Below the pieces are notes generated by a model. It was not told where the DNA came from. It worked only from the letters and a program-made list of their open reading frames with translations, and made no database searches. A stretch of 63,872 bases of DNA, filler included, from Octopus bimaculoides (Eukaryota), in NCBI RefSeq assembly GCF_001194135.2. It is 7 parts of 7 records of this genome, joined end to end, with 100 filler letters (N's around TTAATTAATTAA, not from the genome) between each part and the next. Parts side by side here need not be neighbours in the genome. Positions count along the whole stretch, not along the records: positions 28,282 to 58,361 come from NC_069007.1; positions 58,462 to 61,495 come from NC_068986.1; 5 more parts are not named here. The stretch is one strand, 5' to 3'. Both the position numbers and the translations under genes were made by a program. This document shows, piece after piece, positions 49,295 through 60,513 of this stretch (positions are counted from its first letter, which is position 1; every line of letters starts with the position of its first letter).

Positions 49295-49450
49295 ACATTA
49301 ATCCCATTGATATTAGATCAACAACAATGGATTATTATACTAAGCTGTTAAACCTATTCATAAGACATTAATCCTACTGATATTACATCATTAACAATAG
49401 ATTATTTTCCGTGATGTTAATCCTGTTGATAAGCCATTAATCCTATTGAT
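49295..49450. promoter_or_regulatory. ~70-bp tandem repeat (about 2.3 units) carrying four TAATCC-N3-TGAT sites plus one inverted GGATTA
   Basis: TAATCC at 49299, 49369, 49418 and 49438, each followed by TGAT after 3 nt; GGATTA at 49329. Confidence 0.65.
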
Positions 49451-49462
49451 GTTCCATTTTGC

Positions 49463-49469
49463 TATAAAA
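49463..49469 (+). promoter_or_regulatory. TATA box of the secreted-protein gene
   Basis: TATAAAA followed by an A/C-rich leader with no upstream ATG before 49525. Confidence 0.7.
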
Positions 49470-49524
49470 GACCTGAAAACTACCAAAACTTCACCATTCT
49501 TACCAACCACAGGAAAACTACAAC

Positions 49525-49576
49525 ATGCTGACACATCTCTCCGTATTCTGCTTCTTTATTGCAGCCATCTCAACAG
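49525..49576 (+). CDS. Exon 1: signal peptide MLTHLSVFCFFIAAIST
   Basis: ATG ~55 nt after TATAAAA, hydrophobic core, donor CAG|GTAAAG. Confidence 0.75.
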
Positions 49577-52453
49577 GTAAAGGAGATGTCAAAGAAATCC
49601 TTAATATCATATTCCACATTTACCATTTTTCTTTTATTCCTTTACACAATTCATCATCATTATTTCTCTTGTTCTTCATCATTTTTCGTTATCTCTTGAA
49701 GTNNNNNNNNNNNNNNNNNNNNNNNNNNNNNNNNNNNNNNNNNNNNNNNNNNNNNNNNNNNNNNNNNNNNNNNNNNNNNNNNNNNNNNNNNNNNNNNNNN
49801 NNNNNNNNNNNNNNNNNNNNNNNNNNNNNNNNNNNNNNNNNNNNNNNNNNNNNNNNNNNNNNNNNNNNNNNNNNNNNNNNNNNNNNNNNNNNNNNNNNNN
49901 NNNNNNNNNNNNNNNNNNNNNNNNNNNNNNNNNNNNNNNNNNNNNNNNNNNNNNNNNNNNNNNNNNNNNNNNNNNNNNNNNNNNNNNNNNNNNNNNNNNN
50001 NNNNNNNNNNNNNNNNNNNNNNNNNNNNNNNNNNNNNNNNNNNNNNNNNNNNNNNNNNNNNNNNNNNNNNNNNNNNNNNNNNNNNNNNNNNNNNNNNNNN
50101 NNNNNNNNNNNNNNTATCCCATTTGAAACAAAGACCAGATTTACTCCTCAATAATTCTATTTTTAGCTAATTTTAATTAAATCAGTCTCATCTTCCATGT
50201 ATTTCTTGATTACACTGAATCATTTAGTTAATAATAATTATTTTCTTTCCCTATTATGACATATATCCTACCTAATTAATTAAAATTCCTTGCTTGATTA
50301 CTTTAATTGTTTTACATATGATTTTACTACATGTGATATAATTGACCAGTGTATATAATGACAATCTTGTGAAATTAAATTTATTTCCTCGTTTGTGACA
50401 TTATTATTTTACACAAGACACAATCAACAACAAGCTACTCACACATTTCTTATAAATAAATAAACTAAATGAAGTCAATGTTTCTTTTATACATTTGTTT
50501 ATTATTATTATTATTGGTTCTTTCAGGTGACTGTCGCAGCCTTAGAAGTATGCTTGGTGGTAAAAATCATCGTTTTCAAGACTCATTTGTGACTTCCTAT
50601 GCAGTTCCTGGTATTTGTTTGTTATTGTTTTGTTTATTCTATATGTTTCTATCTTTCTATCAACACACACGCACAGGCATATATATATATATATATGTGT
50701 GTGTGTGCACATATATAAATGCATATCATTATTTAATGTTGTCCTTGCATGTTGGAATAGGTTGGATGGTTTACCAGGGTCTCATGAGCCACAAGACTGC
50801 GCTGAGTGCAAATATCTGTTCTTGCATGGTTTTTATAGCTCAAAGCCCTTCCTAATGCCAGCCACTCTACAGAGTGTACAAGGTGTGTCTTTTCATGACC
50901 CCAGCACAAGTGAGATGGCTCACAAAACAATGAAAAGGCCTTCAACTGAACGGAGTTGTAGTAGAGATGATGGTGGCTTTATGCTAGGTGTTGAACAACT
51001 AAAGTATGATAGAAAAACAGACACAGGTCTCTTGTTATACAGGAACAAGCTCCATTCACATTGAAGGGTTNNNNNNNNNNNNNNNNNNNNNNNNNNNNNN
51101 NNNNNNNNNNNNNNNNNNNNNNNNNNNNNNNNNNNNNNNNNNNNNNNNNNNNNNNNNNNNNNNNNNNNNNNNNNNNNNNNNNNNNNNNNNNNNNNNNNNN
51201 NNNNNNNNNNNNNNNNNNNNNNNNNNNNNNNNNNNNNNNNNNNNNNNNNNNNNNNNNNNNNNNNNNNNNNNNNNNNNNNNNNNNNNNNNNNNNNNNNNNN
51301 NNNNNNNNNNNNNNNNNNNNNNNNNNNNNNNNNNNNNNNNNNNNNNNNNNNNNNNNNNNNNNNNNNNNNNNNNNTTTCCTCTCAACACATCTGCACTGTG
51401 CAGTATATGCACACTGACATTAACAGAACACGAATCTCATCCAATCTAATCCCCTTTCCAATTAATTGGGTTGTAACTCTTTCTGTAGTTTTCATGATCT
51501 GAGCCAGCAAATTTTTTACTTCTCTGATTACTTCTACCTAGGACATTAACTTTACCTTTGTAACAATTGATCTATTGATCTCCTGAAACTGATTGGTTAT
51601 TTTCATGACACAGCTCTATAAACTATTAATTATTGATTTGTCTAGACTAATTGGTTCCAGTTATTACACAGCTCTATAAACTACGAAACTAAACCACCTG
51701 ATATTATTTCTCCTTGTTATTTGGTCACAGAGTGTTACTATGATGGTAAAATATACCCTGTAGGACAGATCTTTTCTTCCATTTCGGGAGAGTGCACGTG
51801 CACTTTGGATAATGGGGTTCAATGCAATGGTAAGTTAATTATTTAATCTTTATTTTTTTCTTCATTAAATAGCTGTCATGAGTTCACATCTTAGCTTGGG
51901 TAAAACAAGTTGGAGATATTCCAATCAAATCAATACTTTAAATTGAACTATTGATGAGTATTGATAAGTCAAGAAGACAAATATTTGGGTATGTTTCTCA
52001 CTCGTATATGACATATCTATTAATTGATTTATCAATGCTTTCTGTTTATAAAATTATATATTCATTTGCTAATTACGATTAATTTTAATTTGATTAAACT
52101 CAAATTTACTTAATTCTTCTCCTTACAGACTTTATGGCTACTAAACTACCATCTGTTCATGAAAGAAGATCAGTACCACCCCCAGCCCCTGGTAATTTAC
52201 CGGTCAAACATTGACCGTTGTGATTTGTGTATGTTATGTTGATGACACCTATAGGGAGTAATTATAATTTACCTCAGATTAATTGGAGCAAATAATTAAT
52301 GTGTAATCATTTTAAAGAGTTTAATTTTAATTTACTTTGAATTGGACCATAATTAATTCTTATTCATTTTATACTGTCTAATTTTAATTCATAGATGGCG
52401 TTCATTTCACACCATCCTGGGTCCGAGCATCGACTGTAACCCAAATCTTATAG
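49525..52453 (+). CDS. Spliced gene for a ~118-aa secreted Cys-module protein (exons 49525-49576, 50527-50610, 51731-51829, 52129-52191, 52395-52453)
   Basis: All four introns GT-AG and phase 1. Joined frame open: MLTHLSVFCFFIAAISTGDCRSLRSMLGGKNHRFQDSFVTSYAVPECYYDGKIYPVGQIFSSISGECTCTLDNGVQCNDFMATKLPSVHERRSVPPPAPDGVHFTPSWVRASTVTQIL*. N gaps in introns 1 and 2. Confidence 0.75.
50527..50610 (+). CDS. Exon 2 (84 nt): end of signal peptide and pro-region
   Basis: TTCTTTCAG| acceptor, CTG|GTATTT donor, phase 1-1, open frame. Confidence 0.7.
50727..51445 (-). mobile_element. RTE LINE 3' fragment in intron 2 of the secreted-protein gene; partly duplicated at 52455-52700
   Basis: The duplicate translates ADVLRRKLDISRIRYNVQERRLCWSGHVM (cf. 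RTE RRLRWxGHV); the decayed tail matches the GAT-tail family. Confidence 0.7.
51731..51829 (+). CDS. Exon 3 (99 nt): C-x19-C-x-C-x7-C module, FN1/VWC-like
   Basis: CACAG| acceptor, ATG|GTAAGT donor; CYYDGKIYPVGQIF matches the C-x-x-x-G-K-x-Y-x-x-G-x-x-F/W start of VWC and FN1 modules. Confidence 0.85.
52129..52191 (+). CDS. Exon 4 (63 nt): linker with RR dibasic site and Pro-rich end
   Basis: TTCTTCTCCTTACAG| acceptor, CTG|GTAATT donor, phase 1-1. Confidence 0.7.
52395..52453 (+). CDS. Putative terminal exon 5, DGVHFTPSWVRASTVTQIL*
   Basis: TTCATAG| acceptor, frame-compatible; the stop coincides with a duplication breakpoint, so less certain. Confidence 0.45.
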
Positions 52454-52936
52454 TGTTGCCTTGGAGTAACTAAAGTAGAAGAACAGACACAGTTCTCTTG
52501 TTATACAGGAACAAGCTCCATTCACATTGAAGGGTTAGCAATTCTTTATGTGGCTGTCCTCATCCATTCACATCACATGGCCAGACCAGCAGAGTCTTCT
52601 CTCTTGCACATTATATCTGATTCTACTTATGTCCAATTTTCTTCTCAACACATCTGCATTGTGCACTATATGCACACTGACTTTAATAGAACACGAATCT
52701 CATCCAATCTAATCCCCTTTGTAATTAATTGGGTTGTAACTCTTTCTGTAGTTTTCATGATCTGAATCAGCAACTTTTTTTACTTCTGTGATTATTTCTA
52801 CCTAAGACATTAACTTTACTTTTGTAACAATTGATCTATTGATCTCTTGAAACTGATTGGTTATTTTCATGACACAGTTCTATAAACTATGAGCCTAAAC
52901 CACCTGATATTATTTCTCCTTGTTATTTGGTTACAG

Positions 52937-53035
52937 AGTGTTACTATGATGGTAAAATGCACCCTGTAGGACAGACCTTTTCTTCCATCTCAGGAGAGTG
53001 CACGTGCACTTTTGGTCATGGGATTCAATGCAAGC
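52937..53035 (+). other. Duplicate of exon 3 (exon 3b), CYYDGKMHPVGQTFSSISGECTCTFGHGIQCK; alternative exon or pseudo-exon
   Basis: 99 nt, intact TTACAG| and |GTAAGT, open frame, all 4 Cys kept, 11 nt differences from exon 3. Confidence 0.8.
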
Positions 53036-53676
53036 GTAAGTTAATTAATTAATCTTTATTTTTTTCTTCATTAAATAGCTGTCATAATTTTAAATCTTAG
53101 CTTGTGTAAAACAAGTTGGAGACATTCCAATTAAATCAATACTTTTAATAAAGCTATTGATGAGTATTGATAAGTCAAGAAGACAAATATTTGGGAATAT
53201 TTCATGAAATTATATATTCATTTGATAATTACGATTAATTTTAATTTGATTAAACTCAGGAAATTTGAGGAGCTGATGGTTTCTATATAGGTCATAGTTA
53301 GCGACTCAAGCTGCTAAAAATACAAATAAAAATCCAAACTGTCGGAATGGAACAAGTAAAATGCTTACTACATATGTTTCTTAGCTCAATGCAGTGAGTT
53401 ATGCTTAACGTAGGTAATCATCAGATTGAGATTATCTTAATGAAAGGTAACTTTGTTGCCAGGAATTTCTAAGCCAGCCACACCATAGTGGTGAAAACAA
53501 TGAATTGGAATAGCTTTTCCGATAATTTTTCCACTAATAATTAGATGTTTATAAATCATTTAAATTAAATGTTTATAACATCTAATTATTAAAGTGGGAA
53601 ATTTATCAGGAATGTCATTTCTAGTCATTCTTTCAAATATATATCACTATACCAAAGATTTTCTATTTCTAATTCT

Positions 53677-53714
<38 letters not shown>

Positions 53715-54052
53715 TGTCTGTCATTGTTCAGTTTTATTTCAAGATTTCTTGCCGGTAGAGAATGAGCTGGTTTCTAACCTAGATCCAAGTCTCCTTCGTA
53801 GGAATTTCAACATCCACAACAGAGTATTTTTGTTTGTGTATGTATGTATGTATGTATGGCTAGCATAAAAGGACCAACACAGAACGGACATGAATGAATG
53901 TGTATACAGATATCAAAGACAATATGTTAAATAAACATTTATTTAGTCTCGCTATGAAAATCTAACATGCGTACAAGCAACAGAAGACTTAGAAGCTAAA
54001 AGTGAAGGACGTTTCGACTACTTTCATGTTTATTAGTACATCGACCATGCAC

Positions 54053-54101
<49 letters not shown>

Positions 54102-54833
54102 TACATGTATGTATATACACATACATGTATGTACTTATATATATANNNNNNNNNNNNNNNNNNNNNNNNNNNNNNNNNNNNNNNNNNNNNNNNNNNNNNN
54201 NNNNNNNNNNNNNNNNNNNNNNNNNNNNNNNNNNNNNNNNNNNNNNNNNNNNNNNNNNNNNNNNNNNNNNNNNNNNNNNNNNNNNNNNNNNNNNNNNNNN
54301 NNNNNNNNNNNNNNNNNNNNNNNNNNNNNNNNNNNNNNNNNNNNNNNNNNNNNNNNNNNNNNNNNNNNNNNNNNNNNNNNNNNNNNNNNNNNNNNNNNNN
54401 NNNNNNNNNNNNNNNNNNNNNNNNNNNNNNNNNNNNNNNNNNNNNNNNNNNNNNNNNNNNNNNNNNNNNNNNNNNNNNNNNNNNNNNNNNNNNNNNNNNN
54501 NNNNATATATATGTATATATATATATATCGTTATGATTTTTGTTTTATTTTACGCTGAATATGAAATACATATTTTAAAAAAACGGAAAGTGTTTAAAAT
54601 TGCATTCTAAGATTCTTCACATCTCAGTTGAAGTAAAAATTCCAAAGAATTATATGTATCAAAATCCAACATGTATTTTCTCATAATTATTTTCAGATGT
54701 GTTTTTTTTTTTGTTTTTTTTTTTTAATTTTTTTTTTTCTACGAATTCTTCTGATAGAAAGATTCATTAAATGACTGAAAATATTCGAAATTCTTCCCAA
54801 ACCTGGGAAATCCCTGATCGTGGGTTTCAAATC

Positions 54834-54898
54834 TCATCGTTTTGATTTCGTTCCCGGATCGACTTTTTGAATGGCGTCTTCGAGCAGTGAGATGTCGG
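54834..54898 (-). CDS. PAH: Terminal coding exon of the same hydroxylase, (S)DISLLEDAIQKVDPGTKSKR*
   Basis: TTTCTCTTCTAAATTTCCACAG| acceptor, in frame with the upstream exon; resembles the PAH tetramerisation helix SEIGILCSALQKI; AATAAA on minus strand at 54544-54549. Confidence 0.85.
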
Positions 54899-55264
54899 CT
54901 GTGGAAATTTAGAAGAGAAATTGGTTTAAGATTGGAAAAGATTCAATCGTAAAGAGACATTTACTGTTCTTGTTGTTGTTACTGTTGAGCCTGCCTTCAC
55001 ATGTCACACTTGATCGAGCAGACAAATGATCAAAAGATGTTCCAGTCATGACCATCCTGTCTCATTTGGTGACTTCACACATAAACATACATAAACATAG
55101 ACATACATGCACATATGTATGTAAGTATGTATGCATGTATGTATGTAGATATAAGCATGTGCTTATATGTATATATATATGTGTGTGTATATGTATATAT
55201 AAATATATATGTATATCTATCTATCTATCTATCTATATATATATATATGTATGTATATATTTCT

Positions 55265-55377
55265 TTCTTTATTGCCCACAAGGGGCTAAACATAGAGGGG
55301 ACAAACGAGGACAAACAAAGGGATTAAGTCGATTACATTGACCTCAGTGCATAACTGGTACTTATTTAATCGACCCC

Positions 55378-55379
<2 letters not shown>
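55265..55379 (-). mobile_element. SINE family B 3' part in the last PAH intron
   Basis: GTCGATTACATTGACC...CTGGTACTTATTTAATCGACCCCGA. Confidence 0.65.
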
Positions 55380-55408
<29 letters not shown>

Positions 55409-55673
55409 CAAGATTGCAGTCCATCCACCATTTAGTTTTCAACCAGTACAAATATTACAGACACAAAAAGCTCATCGAAAACCTGCTTCCCCTGTCGTCA
55501 CCTTCCGCTCTCCTCACATCTTGCATCTAGTACCACTTGACAAACTATCCTCACCGTTTTTTTCTTAGTTCAGTCATATCGCCAACGAACCCAAGTTTAC
55601 ATTTATTTAAGAAACTTATTAATGAGAAGCCAACGAAATATTGTCAGAGAAACATATCAAAATGGTTACTTAC

Positions 55674-55789
55674 ACTGGATGGACTTGCATATATTGAGTA
55701 TTCTGTCTTTGTTGTCAACCATTTCCAAGGCCTGAGTGTACGGGTTATAGCGCACTGTAAACGGTTTGGGTATGGTCCGAGCATAATCT
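55674..55789 (-). CDS. PAH: Penultimate exon of an aromatic amino acid hydroxylase, most likely phenylalanine hydroxylase
   Basis: TTTCCAG| ... T|GTAAGT, 116 nt, phase 2-1; DYARTIPKPFTVRYNPYTQALEMVDNKDRILNICKSIQ resembles human PAH [26 protein letters not shown]; same size and phase as human PAH exon 12. Confidence 0.88.
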
Positions 55790-55853
55790 CTGGAAACAGT
55801 GTGAAGAAAATAATCATTTTAAATTGTGTTGAATGACACACGAATATATATGC

Positions 55854-55893
<40 letters not shown>

Positions 55894-58800
55894 AGGATAA
55901 AATCTTTTTAAGAATTTATCAAGTAGTCAGCGTGAAAAAAACCTCATAAGGAAAAAAAAAACCATTTTTTTTCCATAAATATATATAATCTATATAAGGG
56001 CATTATTATATAATAAAGTCACACGCTTAGAGGGACTTAATAAGTCAAAACTACCAAAATAAGCACATGTTNNNNNNNNNNNNNNNNNNNNNNNNNNNNN
56101 NNNNNNNNNNNNNNNNNNNNNNNNNNNNNNNNNNNNNNNNNNNNNNNNNNNNNNNNNNNNNNNNNNNNNNNAAAAATAACAAGTCAAGCAAGCTAATTAT
56201 TCATCATCATCATTTAACATCCATTTTCCATGTTTCGAGGTCGATAAAGTACCCGTTGTGCACAGGAATCGATATAATCAAGGGCAGGGGTAAAGAGTNN
56301 NNNNNNNNNNNNNNNNNNNNNNNNNNNNNNNNNNNNNNNNNNNNNNNNNNNNNNNNNNNNNNNNNNNNNNNNNNNNNNNNNNNTTTGCCTAATCAACTAC
56401 CCGTTTCACCGAAACGATGGCCTTGCACCGTAATTTGAACTCAATATTTTAAGATTTAAATATCAAAAGCGAAACTGGTATTCTAGAAAACCACGAAGAA
56501 TCCAGAAAAGCCAAANNNNNNNNNNNNNNNNNNNNNNNNNNNNNNNNNNNNNNNNNNNNNNNNNNNNNNNNNNNNNNNNNNNNNNNNNNNNNNNNNNNNN
56601 NNNNNNNNNNNNNNNNNNNNNNNNNNNNNNNNNNNNNNNNNNNNNNNNNNNNNNNNNNNNNNNNNNNNNNNNNNNNNNNNNNNNNNNNNNNNNNNNNNNN
56701 NNNNNNNNNNNNNNNNNNNNNNNNNNNNNNNNNNNNNNNNNNNNNNNNAAAGAATTGAGTGCGAGACGGAGTTACTTCGAATTAGGAAGAGCAATAATGG
56801 TGAATACAAAAGTTAACGGCTTGGCTGAAACGAAATCAATTCTTCAACATCGATAAATCATGCGTTCACCATAAAAATTTTCATTTATATTTTGGATTAG
56901 GTTGAATTGATATTTCTTTCTATATGTTGAATAGTTGAAATACCGACTGAGAAAAAAAAGATAAGAAAAAATAATTTCAATTTAAGTTTTTCTTCTTTCA
57001 CTTATGCAAATGTTGTTGTTGTTTGCACTGATNNNNNNNNNNNNNNNNNNNNNNNNNNNNNNNNNNNNNNNNNNNNNNNNNNNNNNNNNNNNNNNNNNNN
57101 NNNNNNNNNNNNNNNNNNNNNNNNNNNNNNNNNNNNNNNNNNNNNNNNNNNNNNNNNNNNNNNNNNNNNNNNNNNNNNNNNNNNNNNNNNNNNNNNNNNN
57201 NNNNNNNNNNNNNNNNNNNNNNNNNNNNNNNNNNNNNNNNNNNNNNNNNNNNNNNNNNNNNNNNNNNNNNNNNNNNNNNNNNNNNNNNNNNNNNNNNNNN
57301 NNNNNNNNNNNNNNNNNNNNNNNNNNNNNNNNNNNNNNNNNNNNNNNNNNNNNNNNNNNNNNNNNNNNNNNNNNNNNNNNNNNNNNNNNNNNNNNNNNNN
57401 NNNNNNNNNNNNNNNNNNNNNNNNNNNNNNNNNNNNNNNNNNNNNNNNNNNNNNNNNNNNNNNNNNNNNNNNNNNNNNNNNNNNNNNNNNNNNNNNNNNN
57501 NNNNNNNNNNNNNNNNNNNNNNNNNNNNNNNNNNNNNNNNNNNNNNNNNNNNNNNNNNNNNNNNNNNNNNNNNNNNNNNNNNNNNNNNNNNNNNNNNNNN
57601 NNNNNNNNNNNNNNNNNNNNNNNNNNNNNNNNNNNNNNNNNNNNNNNNNNNNNNNNNNNNNNNNNNNNNNNNNNNNNNNNNNNNNNNNNNNNNNNNNNNN
57701 NNNNNNNNNNNNNNNNNNNNNNNNNNNNNNNNNNNNNNNNNNNNNNNNNNNNNNNNNNNNNNNNNNNNNNNNNNNNNNNNNNNNNNNNNNNNNNNNNNNN
57801 NNNNNNNNNNNNNNNNNNNNNNNNNNNNNNNNNNNNNNNNNNNNNNNNNNNNNNNNNNNNNNNNNNNNNNNNNNNNNNNNNNNNNNNNNNNNNNNNNNNN
57901 NNNNNNNNNNNNNNNNNNNNNNNNNNNNNNNNNNNNNNNNNNNNNNNNNNCCCGTTTTGAACAAGATCCGGTGTTGATATATTGAAACAAAAAGACAATT
58001 TATTTTTTAAATTTAGTTTATAGATTTGATTGTTTTTGGGGGGTATTTTTTTCAGTTATTTGTCTCTACAACACTTGGAATCTTCTGTGCCCGTCTCTCA
58101 CTTACTCCCTGAACATTCAACTTAAATTTCAATATGAAAGAGTGTGGAATNNNNNNNNNNGTTCTATATTTTGGATGGATAGAAATATGAGGATTCAAAT
58201 GCACCTCTAAGACGAAAAGAGCAATTTAGGGAAACTTTCTCGAGTGCTCCCTTATTCCACTGAATGCATCAAATGTACTCCAATATACAACAGAGTGCTG
58301 AAAAGTTCTTGTGAAAGGCCTGGTTGGAGGCCCAACCTTCTGAGTTTTTTTACAGGGCTTGNNNNNNNNNNNNNNNNNNNNNNNNNNNNNNNNNNNNNNN
58401 NNNNNTTAATTAATTAANNNNNNNNNNNNNNNNNNNNNNNNNNNNNNNNNNNNNNNNNNNNTTCGACCGTCACCACTTCCGGCACTACTACCACCACCAC
58501 CACCACTACCTCCCACCACCACTACCTCCCACCACCACCACCCACCACCACCAACACCACTGACCATCACAACCTCCATCACCCTACCACTACCACCACT
58601 ACTGTCCACCGATCACCACCACCACTACCGCTACCACCACTACCGTCGTCATTGGCATCATCGAAATAACCACAGCCCTCCTCCTCCTCCCCATCCTCGT
58701 CGTCATCATCATCATCATCATCATCATCATCACTATCGCCATCATCACTTATCATTGTCATGATAATACGCCTGTTGCGACCACGGCAACAACTCAGTTT

Positions 58801-59059
58801 TCATCGCCGCCATCGAAGAGGTAACCATCCACCACCACCTGAACCTACCCCTATCTCACTAACAGCGTTATAACATTACATCCCGACAACATATCATACC
58901 CGTCACCCGAAGTACCTACCATTCCATCCGGTTTTGTACCACCATACACCGTTGTACCACCAGCACCACCGCGAAACCGCGCCACCACCGAAACCGTCAA
59001 CGCTATTAGTAAATTAAGTGCCGGTATGTCGTGTTTTTAATGTCTTCTGATTCGTGGAA

Positions 59060-59319
59060 AATGTCTGGAAAGAACTCTAAAGAGGGAAAGAGAGAAATAG
59101 TGACAGTAAGAGGAAGGTAGAGAGAGAAAGAGGGAGAGAGAGAGAGGGAGAAAGGGAGAGGGGGAGAGACAGGGAGAGAGAGACAGAGAAGGTGGGAGAG
59201 ACAGACAGGCAGAAAGACAGAAAGACAGAAAAAGAGAGGGAAAGAGAGATCGATAGGTAGATAGATAGATAATGTTCGTATATATTAGTGCCTCTCTGTG
59301 CGTGTGTGTGTGTGTGTGA

Positions 59320-59377
<58 letters not shown>

Positions 59378-59900
59378 ATATATATATGTGTGTGTGTGTG
59401 TTAATGCAGTATGTCTATGTATAATGGAGGGAGAAGACGGATGTATGGACGTATCAACGTGAGTATGCAAGTTCGAATGGCAATATTTCCTCTCCTCTTT
59501 TTTTATTGTTAAGAAATGATTTACAAGAGAAGAGAAAAGGAGTGTGTGTGTGTGAAGGGGTTGGGGAGGGGGGGAGGAATGGTGGATGAGAGAAAAGAAC
59601 ACGGGATGAAGAAAGAAGGTTATAAAAATAAAACTAAAAGCAGAAAACGAAGAAGAAAAAGGAGTAGGAGGAGGGCGGAGAGAAGGATGAGGAGAAGATG
59701 AAGAGGAAAAAGAAGGAGAAAGAGAGAACAATGTAGAGAAGTAGGGACGAAGGAGAAGGAGAGGAAGGAAAAGAAGACGAAGGAGGAGAGGAAGGAAAAG
59801 AGAAAGAAGAAAAACTAAAAAGAAGCCAGAAGGAAATGAAAAATATGAAAGTGAAGAATTGTGAAAAAGGTGAAAATACAAAGAAAGAGTTAAAGAAAAT
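59060..59900. repeat. Purine-rich (AG/AAG) low-complexity region
   Basis: Direct inspection; the source of the spurious ORF 59285-59881. Confidence 0.85.
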
Positions 59901-59909
59901 GACTAATAA

Positions 59910-60430
59910 ATTCTTTGTTATTTTGGGACTAGGCTAGCGATTTTGAGGGGATGGGCAAGTTGATTACATTGACCTTATTTCTTGAATGGCACTTATTTTA
60001 TAGGATCTGAAAGGATCCATAGACTTCGGAAGAATTCAAACTCTGAATATAAAGAGCCAGATGAAATGCTGTTGATCATTTTTTTCTTTTCTCGATACGC
60101 AAACAAGATCGCCATCTTGAATAACCAAAAGAGCCACCAGTAATACCATAAAGGATACGTGACAATTACGATAATGGTGATGACGACGATGATGATAATG
60201 ATGATGATAATAATAATGGTAATGATCCTTTTTACTGGAGGCACAAGGCCTCAAATTTGTGGGGAGGTGACTAGTCGAGTATATCGATCCCAGTGTTTCA
60301 CTGGTACTTAATTTATTGACCCCGAAAGGATGAAAGGCAAAGTCGACCTCGGTGGAATTGGAACTCAGAACGTACCTACGGGCGAAATACCGCTATGCAC
60401 TTCACCCCGCGTGCTAACGATTCTGGCAGA
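59910..60430 (-). mobile_element. Two SINE family B copies in tandem (59910-60075 decayed; 60225-60430)
   Basis: GGATGAAAGGCAAAGTCGACCTCGG...GAACTCAGAACG. Confidence 0.75.
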
Positions 60431-60477
60431 GTTTGAATAATTCGCCCCTGGAAACATGCGTGTTTCGTTCGTTCATC

Positions 60478-60513
<36 letters not shown>

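Larger units (their letters stand above)
50990..53258 (+). repeat. Local direct duplication: ~50990-52102 copied to ~52455-53258
   Basis: Colinear, roughly 90% identical by eye; contains exon 3 and flanking intron; copy ends just before the exon-4 acceptor. Confidence 0.92.

Noticed and set aside
53995-54045. CGAAACGTC on the minus strand, palindromic stem III-like
   Set aside because: No CUGANGA core or stem I
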